DNA of 63,910 nucleotides, filler included, from Octopus bimaculoides (lineage: Eukaryota), in the NCBI RefSeq assembly GCF_001194135.2. It is 4 parts of 4 records of this genome, joined end to end, with 100 filler letters (N's around TTAATTAATTAA, not from the genome) between each part and the next. Parts side by side here need not be neighbours in the genome. Positions count along the whole stretch, not along the records: positions 1 to 28,695 come from NC_068984.1; 3 more parts are not named here. One strand, 5' to 3'. Position 1 is the stretch's first letter, and every line of letters begins with the position of its first letter. A program made the translations under genes and the position numbers. Shown in pieces: positions 1 through 12,085 of this stretch. The notes below the pieces were generated by a model that saw only the letters and a program-made list of their open reading frames with translations, was not told the origin of the DNA and made no database searches.

Positions 1-65
<65 letters not shown>
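1..65. repeat. (TG)n microsatellite
   Basis: Pure TG dinucleotide run at the window start. Confidence 0.98.
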
Positions 66-67
<2 letters not shown>

Positions 68-1395
68 CCTTGTCTTGACATGGTGTGATGGTTGTAAGTG
101 ACATTGTTTGTTTCCTGTCTTCAGCAAAAAACACGTTTGGTCATGGGGAGATATTAGTTTGCTTGGAAACAAGACAGGGTCAATGAAGGAAGAAGATCTG
201 ACCATAGAAATTCCACCTGACCCATGCAGGCATGGAAATGTAGACAATATGATGATGATGATATGCTATCGTCTCATAAAAATTCAGCTATAAAATTGGC
301 AATTAAATTTAATAACCAACAGATGCTCTCAAATTTATTTATCATTAGGCACTTCTGCAATAGAGTTAAATGCTTGACGTTCCCTCAACAAAAGTGTGTA
401 TGAATAAATGATTAGTCTATTTCTAATGACTACATCAATTTAGAATAATAAAATTCTGCTAAAAATATACAAAAAAAATGCTTGATATGAAGTTGAACCA
501 ACAGTAGGTAATCAAAAATCTTTGCAATTCATTTAACCCCCCCCCCATCTCAATGAAATAAATAGAAAAGAGGAGGGGTAAATAAAAGGGGACTAACTAG
601 TCATTGTTTCCATGTCCTATGTAAATAATATCTGGCAAATTAAAAGAAAAGCAAAAAACACTCCTAGCTTAATTTATTCTCATTTATTTTACAGATTGCA
701 GTCAGGACTTCCAACTCCTGATTTCATGTGCTAAGTAATTGATTAATTGATTGCAGGTATTGTAACAATTCTTTTGGGTCAGGTGAGTAATAAAATAAAT
801 AAATACACAAAAAGCTTTCCTTCTCTTTAGCTATGTCTCTGGAAAGTACTTAGCAGTTCACCTGGAAAGTTGCCTATGTTTCTCTTTAAGTTAAAAGAAT
901 GCCAATACTTAAAAACATAAAGTCATCATACCTCACCATCTTAACAAAAAATAAAATAAGAAAATAAAACACACATTAGATAATGTGGTCCCAGATAACA
1001 CTATACTTGAACAAAAGGTGGGATGAATGTAGTTGGAACAACTTTAATCATAATTTTGCTCAATCAGAGATAACACGAGGCTAAACAAAGACAATGACAC
1101 AGAGTCATTAGCAACAATTATAGCAAGGATTTTTCCCTAATTATTACTGCAATCATCATAAACTGGAGATAACACAAAAGCTAAACACCATCGATTTTGC
1201 AAATACATTTCACGACATAAAGTAGTTAAATCATAGCATCTTAGTTAAGTGGTTAAGGTATTGAACTACTATCCTCAAAATCCCAAATTCAAATCCAACA
1301 ACTGGGATTGTTTTGTGTGCTTGAAAAATGCACTGAATAAAACAATGTTCCACACTTAAAAAAAGAAAAAATTGCTTAAAAATTTCTACTATTGA

Positions 1396-1584
1396 TTAAA
1401 CTTTCTGTTGATAAACAGTCTTTGTTTCAAATAATTTTGAAAATAATGAAGAACTTAGGAAAGTAACCAAACCTAAATTAATAGGGAATTTTGATGGAAG
1501 GTATTAATTTAGACCATTTTAAACAGGAAGTATATATCATAGAACCAGGAGCAGTATCAGATTGGTTGGTATCAAAAGTGTTAA
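1396..1584. mobile_element. Degenerate piggyBac-type MITE
   Basis: Ends ...ggttggtatcaaaagtg|TTAA. The interior resembles the reverse complement of the 18208-18427 element. Confidence 0.5.
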
Positions 1585-1999
1585 GTGCATAGGATTCTAA
1601 ATTTTGTAGAAATTTATTTTAAAATTCTCAGTTCTCAAATTCCTGGATATACCATTATCCTCTATATCTGTACAATCTACTTATTGTCATCTTGTTACTG
1701 CTCTCTTCTTGCATTTCTCATACTCTCCAGTTTCAGGTACCACCCCCATACACTCTAGCAACCCCTCACCCACCCACTCCTAATTTTTCTGTCTCCATTC
1801 ACTTCTACTTTCCTCATACCTGGAGGTGCCACCTCAACTCCTCATCTCCACTTTTTATCTCTTCACAGCTATTACTGATTCATTTCTCACTCTCTCCTGA
1901 ATGTGAAAAGCCATGGTACCTCCTCTACAACAAGAACCTTACCTTACCCCAGTCCTGTCTCATGTTTGCTAGTACAAAGCCCCTGCCTTTAGTTTTCAT

Positions 2000-2207
2000 A
2001 GGGTTGCAAGCTACATGGTGACTTTAGTAGTGATGGTGGCACAAGAAAAGCACCCAGTAAGCACTGCAAGAAGGTTGGCATAAGGAAGGGTATCCAGCTG
2101 TAGAAACCAAAGCAGAAACTGGAGTACAATACAGTCCTTGTGCCCATGAGATCTTATCAAACCATCTAACCCATGGCAGCATGGGCCATAGACAGATGAT
2201 GATGATG
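2000..2207 (+). mobile_element. RTE-tailed SINE or RTE 3' end (family D)
   Basis: ggcataaggaagggtatccagctgtagaaacc ... ccatggcagcatgg plus a (GAT)n tail. Same motif set at 11880-12085, 14135-14450, 19195-19466 and 20490-20735. Confidence 0.75.
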
Positions 2208-4039
2208 ACAATAAAACTTAGATATTTTACCAGACATAAAAGAAAAAAGTTATAACAATTTTTTAAAATTTATATAAATAAATAAAAGATGACAAACTAT
2301 TTCGTTTTTTTTTTGTTTTTGTTTTTGTCTAGATAACTTTGTTTTAAGGCAAAAATACCTTTTAAATGGTCATTTATTAAATTCTTGTTTACCAAATGGC
2401 CAGTTAGAAGAGATGATTTCAAAAAATGGTTTTTATCTCATTCTTTAAAAAGCTATAAATTGAATATAATCTACAACTTTTCAAAATTTCATGTATATGT
2501 ACACGCGTGCACATGCACACATACATACAGACAAACAGACAGATATATATGATGTAATATAAATAGCTTCTTTTAGTTCTTGTCTACTAAATTTACTCAC
2601 AAGGATTTGATCTATTGGCACCATAGTTGAGTTTAGCACATAAGGTGCCATGCAATGTGTTTGAACCTGCGAAAAAGCTTTTTTAACCACACAGTCACAT
2701 CTAATTTTCATATAATTAACCTATTTGTCAGTATTTCCCATGAAATCCCAGTTGGGAAATAATGCAGTAAACAAGAGTTTGAGGAAGATATGGTCGCTAT
2801 TTTAGCAAATTGACCAAATATTTACAAGTCCCTTTACTAGCTTGTATGTGTATAGTTTATTTTTATATCTATTTTTCCATGTTTATCTTCTGTACATTTT
2901 TAACAGCTGCTAACAACTTGACCAGGAAGTTCGGGATAAATTTTGTACTTATCCATCTGGCCCAATTGAGCAAGCAAAGATATGTGCCTTACTCAGGAGC
3001 TCAACAAAATGGCTGTGTAGGATTTGAACCTACAACCACATGATCAATAACCTAGCATCTTAATCCCCAAACCATATTTTCTCCCTGTGGCTGTACTGAA
3101 CTCTAAGTGTAACGGTTAATTGATAGGTGGTAGGAAACTTTCAGTGTAAAAATTCTTTACCATCATAAGCCTAAGTAAAAAAAATTCAATGAGAGTGGTT
3201 ATAGCCAATTATATAAACTAGACTAATACGCCTTTTATCAATGGAAAGAATGAAAGGCAGATTTAAACTTGGAACCAAGAGATGTAACTAAATACTGCAA
3301 GGTATTTCATCCATTGCTCTATGGAGTCTACCTATACACCATCTGTTATGGTAAGATTACCATAACATGTATCTCGTAACAAAATACACCCAGTGAAAAA
3401 GAATTGTGAGACCATACTGGTGAACAAAGAAATGTAGAAAAAATGACTTGAGGAACCCGATTCTGGGGAAGTAAAAATCAAAGCATTTCCTTTTTGAAAG
3501 TTTGAAGTAAATGAAAACTTCCAACAATTAGTAAAGATCTCCATATTTCAATAGAAGAATTGATTATCTTTTCTATTGTTCAGTGATATTTGATAAAGGT
3601 TGAAATATTTCAGTAAGAAAGAGTCAATATGTTGATGTAGTTGAAAAACAGTACTCCATTTTTGGAGAAACATGTTTGTATCTTGTTTTTAATTTCAATA
3701 TTTATGAACTAATATTAAGTGCATGTTCTTACTTAAAAGAAACTCTAACAAGAAAATTTAAATTGGTTTCAAGTAATTTTTTTCTACAGGGTACCTGATC
3801 TTAATTGGCCTAGATGCACTACCATTAACTATTACAAAGACTAATGAGATACACTGAAAAGAATAATTAGAGAAAGGTTAAGCTAATGAATGAAGTTATG
3901 AAGTTGAGAGTCTGCACCAAAATTAATTAGAAATAGCATGCAGCTTGGTTTTTAAACTATGGTACAGAATCACCAAATGTACATGTGTAAGAGAATAATA
4001 AAAGGCTTCTTGGACAAGGAACAAAGTAATCCAGTTGGC

Positions 4040-4330
4040 AACCATTGACCATAAAAAGGCTTTTGAAAACAGCTCCAAATTCTAATGCCTGGTGTGCAAT
4101 GAAAGAACTACAAGCAGATGAGTGATGGATTAGAGTTGTTTAGATAATGTCATGATAAGCAATTATCTCAAAATGCTAGATTTAGGTTACATGCAGGTGT
4201 TTTCTAACGCCCAATCCTTAACTCCTATACCTGGAAGCCATTATGGAGAGGTTCCCAATTAATTCTGAAGTTGATGGTTTTAGCATGGAGAAGGGTTGGA
4301 GTTGCTGAAAGAAGTTAAGAGAAGTACTAC
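4040..4330 (+). pseudogene. Highly decayed RTE-like reverse transcriptase relic
   Basis: Reads LATIDHKKAF, resembling the RT motif AFVDLEKAFD; many stops and frameshifts. Confidence 0.4.
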
Positions 4331-4523
4331 CTTTATCTATTTACTTATTTATTTAATTTTTTCATCAAATAGTTACAGTCTCTGTATGAAAGACAAATTA
4401 TGATACAGATGTTCGGAATTAAGATCAAGAAGTCAGCAATCTTTGCAAAGAAGGCAAATAAATAGGACTGGATTGCTGTACAACATAATCATGAGAGACA
4501 TGTTGAACAAGGATGGTTTAGAG

Positions 4524-4787
4524 TAGCACTTCTCAAACTATCTGATGTGGCATACCAAGTTTTTTTTTTTCCAATGTGTCAGGGACCAGTAATATTAGTA
4601 ATATTAATTTATACCGGAAACAATATATATAATGAATATAATAAAAACTGACAATTCTTTTTATCTTATATTTGTAAACAAATAATACAGTATTAGATAA
4701 GCATTTTATAATGTTTCTTTCTTTTCTGGAAACTCGATGGCTCACAGACTGGCACCAGTCTGCAGACCACCACTTTGAGTAGCACTG
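4524..4787. mobile_element. hAT (Charlie-like) MITE with intact 8-bp TSD
   Basis: Termini TAGCACTTCTCAAAC and TTTGAGTAGCACTG (imperfect TIR). Identical 8-mer GTTTAGAG at 4516-4523 and 4788-4795. Confidence 0.85.
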
Positions 4788-6467
4788 GTTTAGAGATTAC
4801 ATTATTATCAAAAGTATCAGTAAATGTATTCAAGATTGATTAGTGTGTAAAAGCATATTGCTTGCTAAGTGAAGAAAAGACACAAGTTAGTGGTAGAGAG
4901 TTACACACAACGTAGCATTAGACCAAAGAAGATTTAGGAGGAACAAATTAGAGTAGATCTTCACAGGTTCTTAATGTATGCTGTCATTTTAAGTAAGAAA
5001 TACATTTCTTACTTATGTCAGTAGGGGGAAAGTGGATGTTAAGTAGATGATTATAAAAATGATCGTTTTATGTAACTTGAATATCACTACCTATTTTTCT
5101 TTGTGGGTAGACAGAACATCGCCTGAAGGCAAATCATAGCAAAAACTCTAAGCTACTTCTTCACAGCTAATAATTCACATAATTAATAAAAGTCACATTA
5201 TATTCAAGATTAGATGTGAAATACTGCAAACTTTACAATCAATAGTAGTCCTGTTCACTCGCATTAGATTATGGGAAGGTTGATAATTGACTATTGACTC
5301 ACATAAAAATACTGATATCAAGTGAAAAAGTCCAAGGTAGTCTTAGAGAAACCTATTAACATAAGAATATTTGGTTTCTGGTGAGCCAACAGTGAAATAC
5401 TTGTAAAAGAATAAACATCACCAGCCATTTGCAGATGCTGAGAATGCTTTTGATGAAGTCCAGTAAAATCTTATAGTGAGATATCAAAATGCGAATTAGT
5501 GGTTTTAAGAACTTGTTAAATTATAAATGAAGGAGCTAAACATAGAACCAAGGTTAGTAATAGAGTCAGACTAACTCAAAGTTCAAATTAAAATCTACCA
5601 AAATTGCTCTCCACCTCTGTTTCTTTTATCGTTTGCCTATGAAGTTCTTTAGAAGGATTTTCAAACAAGTGCTGGCAATGTTTTCTAATATTTAATTTTT
5701 CACTGAATGTAATTTCAGAATTTTCCAAATTTGCAGAAAGGTGAAGTATATACTACTTTCTTTTTATAGCCTGATGCTCTTACCACTTCTAATGATTAAG
5801 TCATAGATAGAGTTCTTTACATAATGAAATGTAGAAGCTTTGAGAAAATACGAACTGAATCATTTTAACACTGTATCCCAAAGTGGATATAGCTATAAAT
5901 AACAGTAATATATTGGGGATTTTTTACTCATTATATTACATGCTACTATTTATAGCTGTTCCAATACAGAGACACACTGCTAATATAAATCAAAAGGAGA
6001 ACTGTTTTAAGACAAGGAGATTGAGACAAGCAATGTTTTGCCGGAAAGAATAAAGAAAATTGTTGCTGTCAATTTCAAATTCATTGATGTAAGACCTAAC
6101 ATGGCTGAAACATGTCTGGAGTTGGCATTGTATCATTAAGAAATCACAATCAGTCTCCATAGCAGTCTATTCTTAAGTCCAGTTAATTCAAATTCTGGAT
6201 GGTCTCCTCTGTTCTTCTTGATCATAATTAGTCTACTAAATTAGTGTGTTCATTCGTACTTTACATATCAATAGTCCAGTAGCTTAACCCAGTGTTTCTC
6301 AAGGTTGGATGCGGGCCCTACAGATAGCATTTAATAATTTTTCTATGTTGTATGGGATTTCAGAATGGAGCATATGTAAGTAACAACTGAATAAAACTTC
6401 CAATAAAGTTTTAGTTAAATCTTGTTTTGAATAAATATATATATATATATATATATATACTATATAA

Positions 6468-6851
6468 GTGCAGGAGTGGCTGTGTGGTAAGTAGCTTGCT
6501 TACCAGCCACATGGTTCTGGGTTCAGCCCCACTGTATGGCACCTTGGGCAAGTGTCTTCTGCTACAACTCCGGGGTGACCAAAGCCTTGTGAGTGGATTT
6601 GAGAGGCAGAAACTGAAAGAAACCCGCCATATATATAAATGTTTGTGTGTCTGTGTTTGTCCCACCACCTCCACTATCACTTGACAACCGATGTTGGTGT
6701 GTTTACATCTCTGTAACTTAGCAGTTCAGCAAAAGAAACTGATAGAATAAGTACTAGGCTTACAAAGAATAAGGTCTGGGGGGTCGATTTGTTCAGCTGA
6801 AGGTGATGCTCCAGCATGGCTGCAGTCAAATGACAGAAACAAGTAAAAGAG
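6468..6851 (+). mobile_element. Near full-length tRNA-derived SINE (family A)
   Basis: Head gtggctgtgtggtaag...ggttcagcccc, body ccttgggcaagtgtcttct...gtgagtggatttg, tail cagtcaaatgacagaaacaagtaaaagag. Many homologous copies in the window. Confidence 0.9.
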
Positions 6852-6993
6852 TATCTACAGTTGTGACAGTGTGGTTAAGAAGTTTCCTCTTTGACTACAT
6901 GGTTTCAGATTCAGTCCCATTGCTAAGCACCTTGGTTAAGTGTCATCAAAGCTTTGTGAGTGGATTTGGTAGATGGAAGTTGAGAGAAGCCTG

Positions 6994-6995
<2 letters not shown>
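6852..6995 (+). mobile_element. Family A SINE 5' part, tandem to the previous copy
   Basis: gtgtggttaagaagt...ggtttcagattcagtccc...gtgagtggatttggtagatggaag, running into (TG)n and a gap. Confidence 0.8.
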
Positions 6996-7046
<51 letters not shown>

Positions 7047-7243
7047 NNNNNNNNNNNNNNNNNNNNNNNNNNNNNNNNNNNNNNNNNNNNNNNNNNNNNN
7101 NNNNNNNNNNNNNNNNNNNNNNNNNNNNNNNNNNNNNNNNNNNNNNNNNNNNNNNNNNNNNNNNNNNNNNNNNNNNNNNNNNNNNNNNNNNNNNNNNNNN
7201 NNNNNNNNNNNNNNNNNNNNNNNNNNNNNNNNNNNNNNNNNNN

Positions 7244-7298
<55 letters not shown>

Positions 7299-7689
7299 TG
7301 TGTGTGTTACTATCTCTTTGATGATGATGATAAACTTTATGTGTTCGTGATGGGATAGAGCATGAGAAAAAATGGTTGAGAAACACCTCATTAACCTGGG
7401 AAATTCTGGGAAAGATTTTAAGCATGGAACATTTGGAACTAGATGCTAAAGTGAACAAGTTGTAGACTAGATAAAGAATATGTTCATAAATATATTATCA
7501 TTGTTTTCCCCCACCCTATGCTGGCTTAGGTTGGTTGAGTGTATTGAAGGTATGCTCTGCGGCTGAATGTTCATTTGGTCATCCACCTTTACCTATTTTT
7601 CAAGCAAAATGTTTTTATTCCATTAGTTTTTCCTACATCAAAACCACCAACCTACAAGATGTCTTATTTACAGGAGTGGTAAACATGAC

Positions 7690-7880
7690 ATCACCATTAT
7701 CTGAATGATGTCATGCAAACACACATGGAAATTAAACATTCATGCATGCACCACACACACACACACAATAGGCTTCTGTACCATCTCCACCAATCACTTT
7801 CATCTAGAAAGTCTATACTAGAAAACACTTGGCCCAACATAGCACACAGTGGGATGGAACACAAAGCCACAGGGTTATAA
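7690..7880 (-). mobile_element. Family A SINE fragment
   Basis: gaaaacacttggcccaacatagcacacagtgggatggaac is the reverse complement of the family A head and body. Confidence 0.65.
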
Positions 7881-8494
7881 AGTGAACTATTTCGCCACAC
7901 AATCATGCCTTCACCTAATGCAGTATCTTCATAGAATTCAATTGAAGATGAAACAGCACAATATCACATAAAATCATTTTGTAGTACACACATTAGGTCA
8001 ATATTTGAGGAGTATGGGGGTAAATTTGAAATGGACTTGTTTGCTTCGTCTAGTCATTTCTTGTTCTTGTTTATGTTTGATATTTATGTTTCCTTGCTTT
8101 GAGTGACTCTCGTTGTGGATGTGTTGGACACAGGCAAAACTGGTTTAGATATGGATTAAGAACAAATCAAAAGCTGACGAGGATTTTCGCAGTTCAATAA
8201 TAAGCAATGCACATCCGGCTTCTTTTCTGCCCATTCACAAATGCATGTTTGCTTTTATTTCATTTATTCAATCATCCCCAACATTATTTTATGTCCATTT
8301 TTTTTCCATGCTGGCATAGGTCAGGGATGGAACAGGGTTGTTTTTGAGAGAGGAAGGAACAGTGTCGTAAAGGGAGTAATATCAAGGGTTAGTGTGAAGG
8401 AGAAGAAGAGACAAAGTGAGAATGATGAATAGGATAGATTGAGTGGGCAAACCTAGTGGTAGGAGGTGTGTCAGATTGCATGAATTAAAGAAAG

Positions 8495-8784
8495 CAGTTA
8501 TTCTCAAACCATTTTTTTATCTATGGACCCCTTTGATTATTATTCTATTTTGGCAGACCCCTGTAGCCATTCTATGCTTAAAAACTAGTTTTATAGAAGC
8601 TGGTTTCAAAATTCCTGTCTTGATATGCATGCATCAACTTGTGTAGGTTAAACTATGTAAAACATTTGAGAAAGAAATTTAGGTGTCTCTTCATGGACCC
8701 TTAATATACAACTGTGGCTCAACTTATTATTTTGCTTGCGTGGACCCCTCAAAATCGTATATGGACTGTTGTTGAGAACAATTG
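8495..8784. mobile_element. hAT-like MITE, degenerate
   Basis: Termini CAGTTATTCTCAAAC and GTTGAGAACAATTG, internal ggacccc repeats; no matching TSD. Confidence 0.55.
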
Positions 8785-10094
8785 AATTAATAGTTGAAAA
8801 CAATGATAAAGGAAATGTCATTGATAATAACGGGGTTTTTTCTTTTTCATTTTCTTCTTATTCTTCTACTGGTAGTCATAGACTAAAGGAATCTGTTCAA
8901 AAGCATTCTGTTACCTTCATTGTCTGAGAAAGACATTAAGACCAGATTTGCGAATCTTTTATTTATACATTAAAAAAAAACTGAGTTTAGGAAGAGTAAC
9001 TGTGAATGTAGCCCTGAAAGATTAGTGATGTCAGTTGGGGCAGTTTGATCCTAAGTACAGTGGACAGTAGGAAATTTATGACCATTAGTCAATTAAAGGA
9101 TAAATGCTATCTCTTTTCAGTGTATCCATTTCCCATTGATAAAAATAAGTCACAAGTCCAACACAAAAGTACATAGAGACATTATTTAGTTAGAAGTATC
9201 CATTATACTAGACATTCGTACAACTTCCAACACCTAATAATTTATAAGGCAAGAGTTATTGATCTGACACAAGAGTTCCATGAATAAACAATGCCTTATC
9301 TTTTGGTCAATAAGTTAGATCTCCTATTAAATAATACATTATATTGTGATATATTTCTTAGTATGTCACCTTTGCATTACTGTTCATGTGATAATTTTCT
9401 TTTGCTTGATTAAACACATCAGAAATTATAAATACCATAACTATGGTTGCCCTGGAAGCTAAATGCAAACAACCATTTTAAAAAGTATATTTGAATTAGA
9501 ATAACCATCTTCTGAGATAATTAAATATATATATATTTTTTTTGTAGTTTTTTAAATTTCGTCCTCATGTGACAGCTAAATTATGGAATTAGCAAATCAT
9601 CATCAGCTTAATATCCACTTTCTAAGCTTACATTGGTTAGACAGAATTCACTGAAGCAGATTTTCCACAGCTAGATACCCTTATGTCACCAACCCACATG
9701 CATTTCCAAATAAGTTTATATTTCCTTTTGGCCAGATATGTTTTCATGGAAGACTAGAAACAAACGACACCTCTTATACAAAGTGTGACTATTGTGAATG
9801 TCACCAGAGTCAAAACAGGGAGGAACACATACACAAACAGACATGCATACACACAGCTGCAGCTTACTGCTTTTGGTTCAGCTGCTTTAGGATATACTTT
9901 AACTAAAGACAGGCAGCCACCGCTTGCAATAGAAGTGGGCATGCTTACACTTATAACATGAATATTGAAGCTGAATATAAACCGAACAAGACATTTGTTT
10001 CTCACCACAGTACAAGAATAAAAGTTAAGACAACAATGACTGACAACAAGACCAATTCTTTCTTTTAATTTTTTATTTTTTACTTATTTCAGTC

Positions 10095-10318
10095 ATTGGA
10101 CTGCAGCCACGCTGGGGCACTGCCTTGAAGTGCTTAGTCAAACAAATTGATCTCAGTACTTGCTTCCGCACAGATTCTGTCTACCAAATTCAGTCATAAC
10201 GCATTGGTCAGCCTAGGAGTAGAGCAGAAGACACTTGCCCAAGGTGCCACACAGTGGAACTGAGTCTGAAACCATGTGTTTGCAAAGCAAGCTTCTTAAA
10301 AACCTAACCATGCCTGAA
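10095..10318 (-). mobile_element. Family A SINE, internally deleted
   Basis: agaagacacttgcccaaggtgccacacagtggaactgag and ttcagtcattggactgcagccacgctggggcac. Confidence 0.75.
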
Positions 10319-11879
10319 CCTATTTCATTTATTTCTTTTTATTCTAAATGTTAAGCTACAATACTTTATTTTTATTATACATACATCTACATTTGACTAA
10401 ATTCTTATTAAGTACATTTCTTTGATTTCCATGCTTTATCCTTGTATTCTAGGTAACTATTTATTTTCCTTAAATTCCAGTTTAAAAGAAAAACCTCAAA
10501 GGCTGTAAGATTGCCCCCCCTCCCCCCTGCCTTCATCCCTCCANNNNNNNNNNCCCCCCCCTCCCCCCTGCCTTCATCCCTCCATCTATCTCAACTGGCT
10601 GCAATCTGCTTACCTTCAACCCAAAATGTGCCAACTAAATTGACCACCTGAAGATATTTAGGTGAATTTACAAATTCAACATGGTAATGCCAGCAAGAGG
10701 AAGCAACAGATACATAACCACTCCACAAAAAGGAACTATTCATTGTTAACTAACAAAAGCAGCAATTATTCTATTATCCATTTATAGTAGTTGTGTATCC
10801 TGGCAATTAAACAGTAACATCTCCAAGAAGCATAATGCAGTAGTATTACACAGCATACATTATGCTTCTGAAGGATTTATTTAATTTACTTATGCCTAAT
10901 GATAAATGAGAATATTAAATCTAGTCTTATAACTTTGGTTTTAGTGAACATCTCAACTCAGAGGGCTTACTGCTAGAGAAATGTAAATGCAAATGCTAGC
11001 ATGAAGAAAGGGGGATATAGCTTTGAATGCAGAGATGTAAACTAAATTTAGATTATCTATTCCTTTTTATGGAAACAACTAGGTCAAATCACAATGTACC
11101 AGATGACAGCTCATTTTCAATCAACATTTCACCATGACACACATTCAATTGCTTATGAAATAAATAAATAAATATGCCAGAGGTTAGGTAATTCAAGAAT
11201 GTAATATGTTACAAAAGCTGCTCAACATAAGAAGCTATTTAAAGAAAAGTATCTGCCTATTTGTAAGCCCCTTTCCTCCTTCCCCTCCTCCTCTCGTCCC
11301 ACTTCTCTGCCAAGTATGTCAGTTGTCAGAAACTTGCTTAAAACAAAGCAGCATAACTAACTCAGAGTACCTCCTAAATATTTAAAGGAAACCAAGTCAG
11401 ATTAGCAAAAAGGGAAAGAAACTCTTAACATCTACATTTAGAGAGAAATCAAAATTGTTCTCTACTCGGTAGATACAAAATGGAAACTGAAGTTCAAAAT
11501 CTCATGTATACTAGAACAAGCTTGTGCTGATATTTCAAAATAGCACAAGGCTTACACCCTTCAACACTTGTTCTTCTTCATATTCATCCCTTCATCCTTT
11601 CCTTATCTCTAGCAACCTCTTCTCACTCACACACCTGTTCTCCTCTCCCCACTCACTTCTAAACACCTATCTTGAGGATCCACCCTAACACCTCATCACC
11701 ACTATTTTTTTCTTTCTCCAGCTGCATTTCGGCTACTCACAACCTTTCTTTTACACTATCAGCAGTTGTGTAGCTCCTCTACAGCAAGAAACCTTCTGTT
11801 TTGAATCCTTCTCTCTCACTTTAACTCCCTGTTTCATATCATAAAGCTGACTCCCTCTCTACTTTAACCCCACTCAGAT

Positions 11880-12085
11880 GAAGGGGTTACAATAGTAGGA
11901 CACCTTGCAAGATGCATGGTGACCTATTATTGCTGGTGCCATGAAAAACACACACTATACACACTGTAAAGTGGTTGGTGTTAGGAAAAGCAATCCAGTC
12001 ATAGAAACCCAGCCAAAACAGACACTGGATTCTGTCATATTGTCCAGCCCATGCCAGCATGGAACATGGATGTTAAATGGTGAGT
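11880..12085 (+). mobile_element. Family D copy
   Basis: ggttggtgttaggaaaagcaatccagtcatagaaacc ... cccatgccagcatggaacatggatgttaaatg. Confidence 0.7.

Noticed and set aside
695-782. Plus-strand exon-like segment (ttttacag ... cag|gtgagt)
   Set aside because: The segment contains stop codons (taa, tga), is antisense to the RanBP gene and has no supporting partner exon.
9747-9757. 11-nt match to the 5' end of miR-7 (tggaagactag)
   Set aside because: The match stops after 11 nt and no precursor hairpin is apparent.
10514-10583. 30-bp direct repeat either side of a 10-N gap
   Set aside because: Typical unmerged contig overlap.
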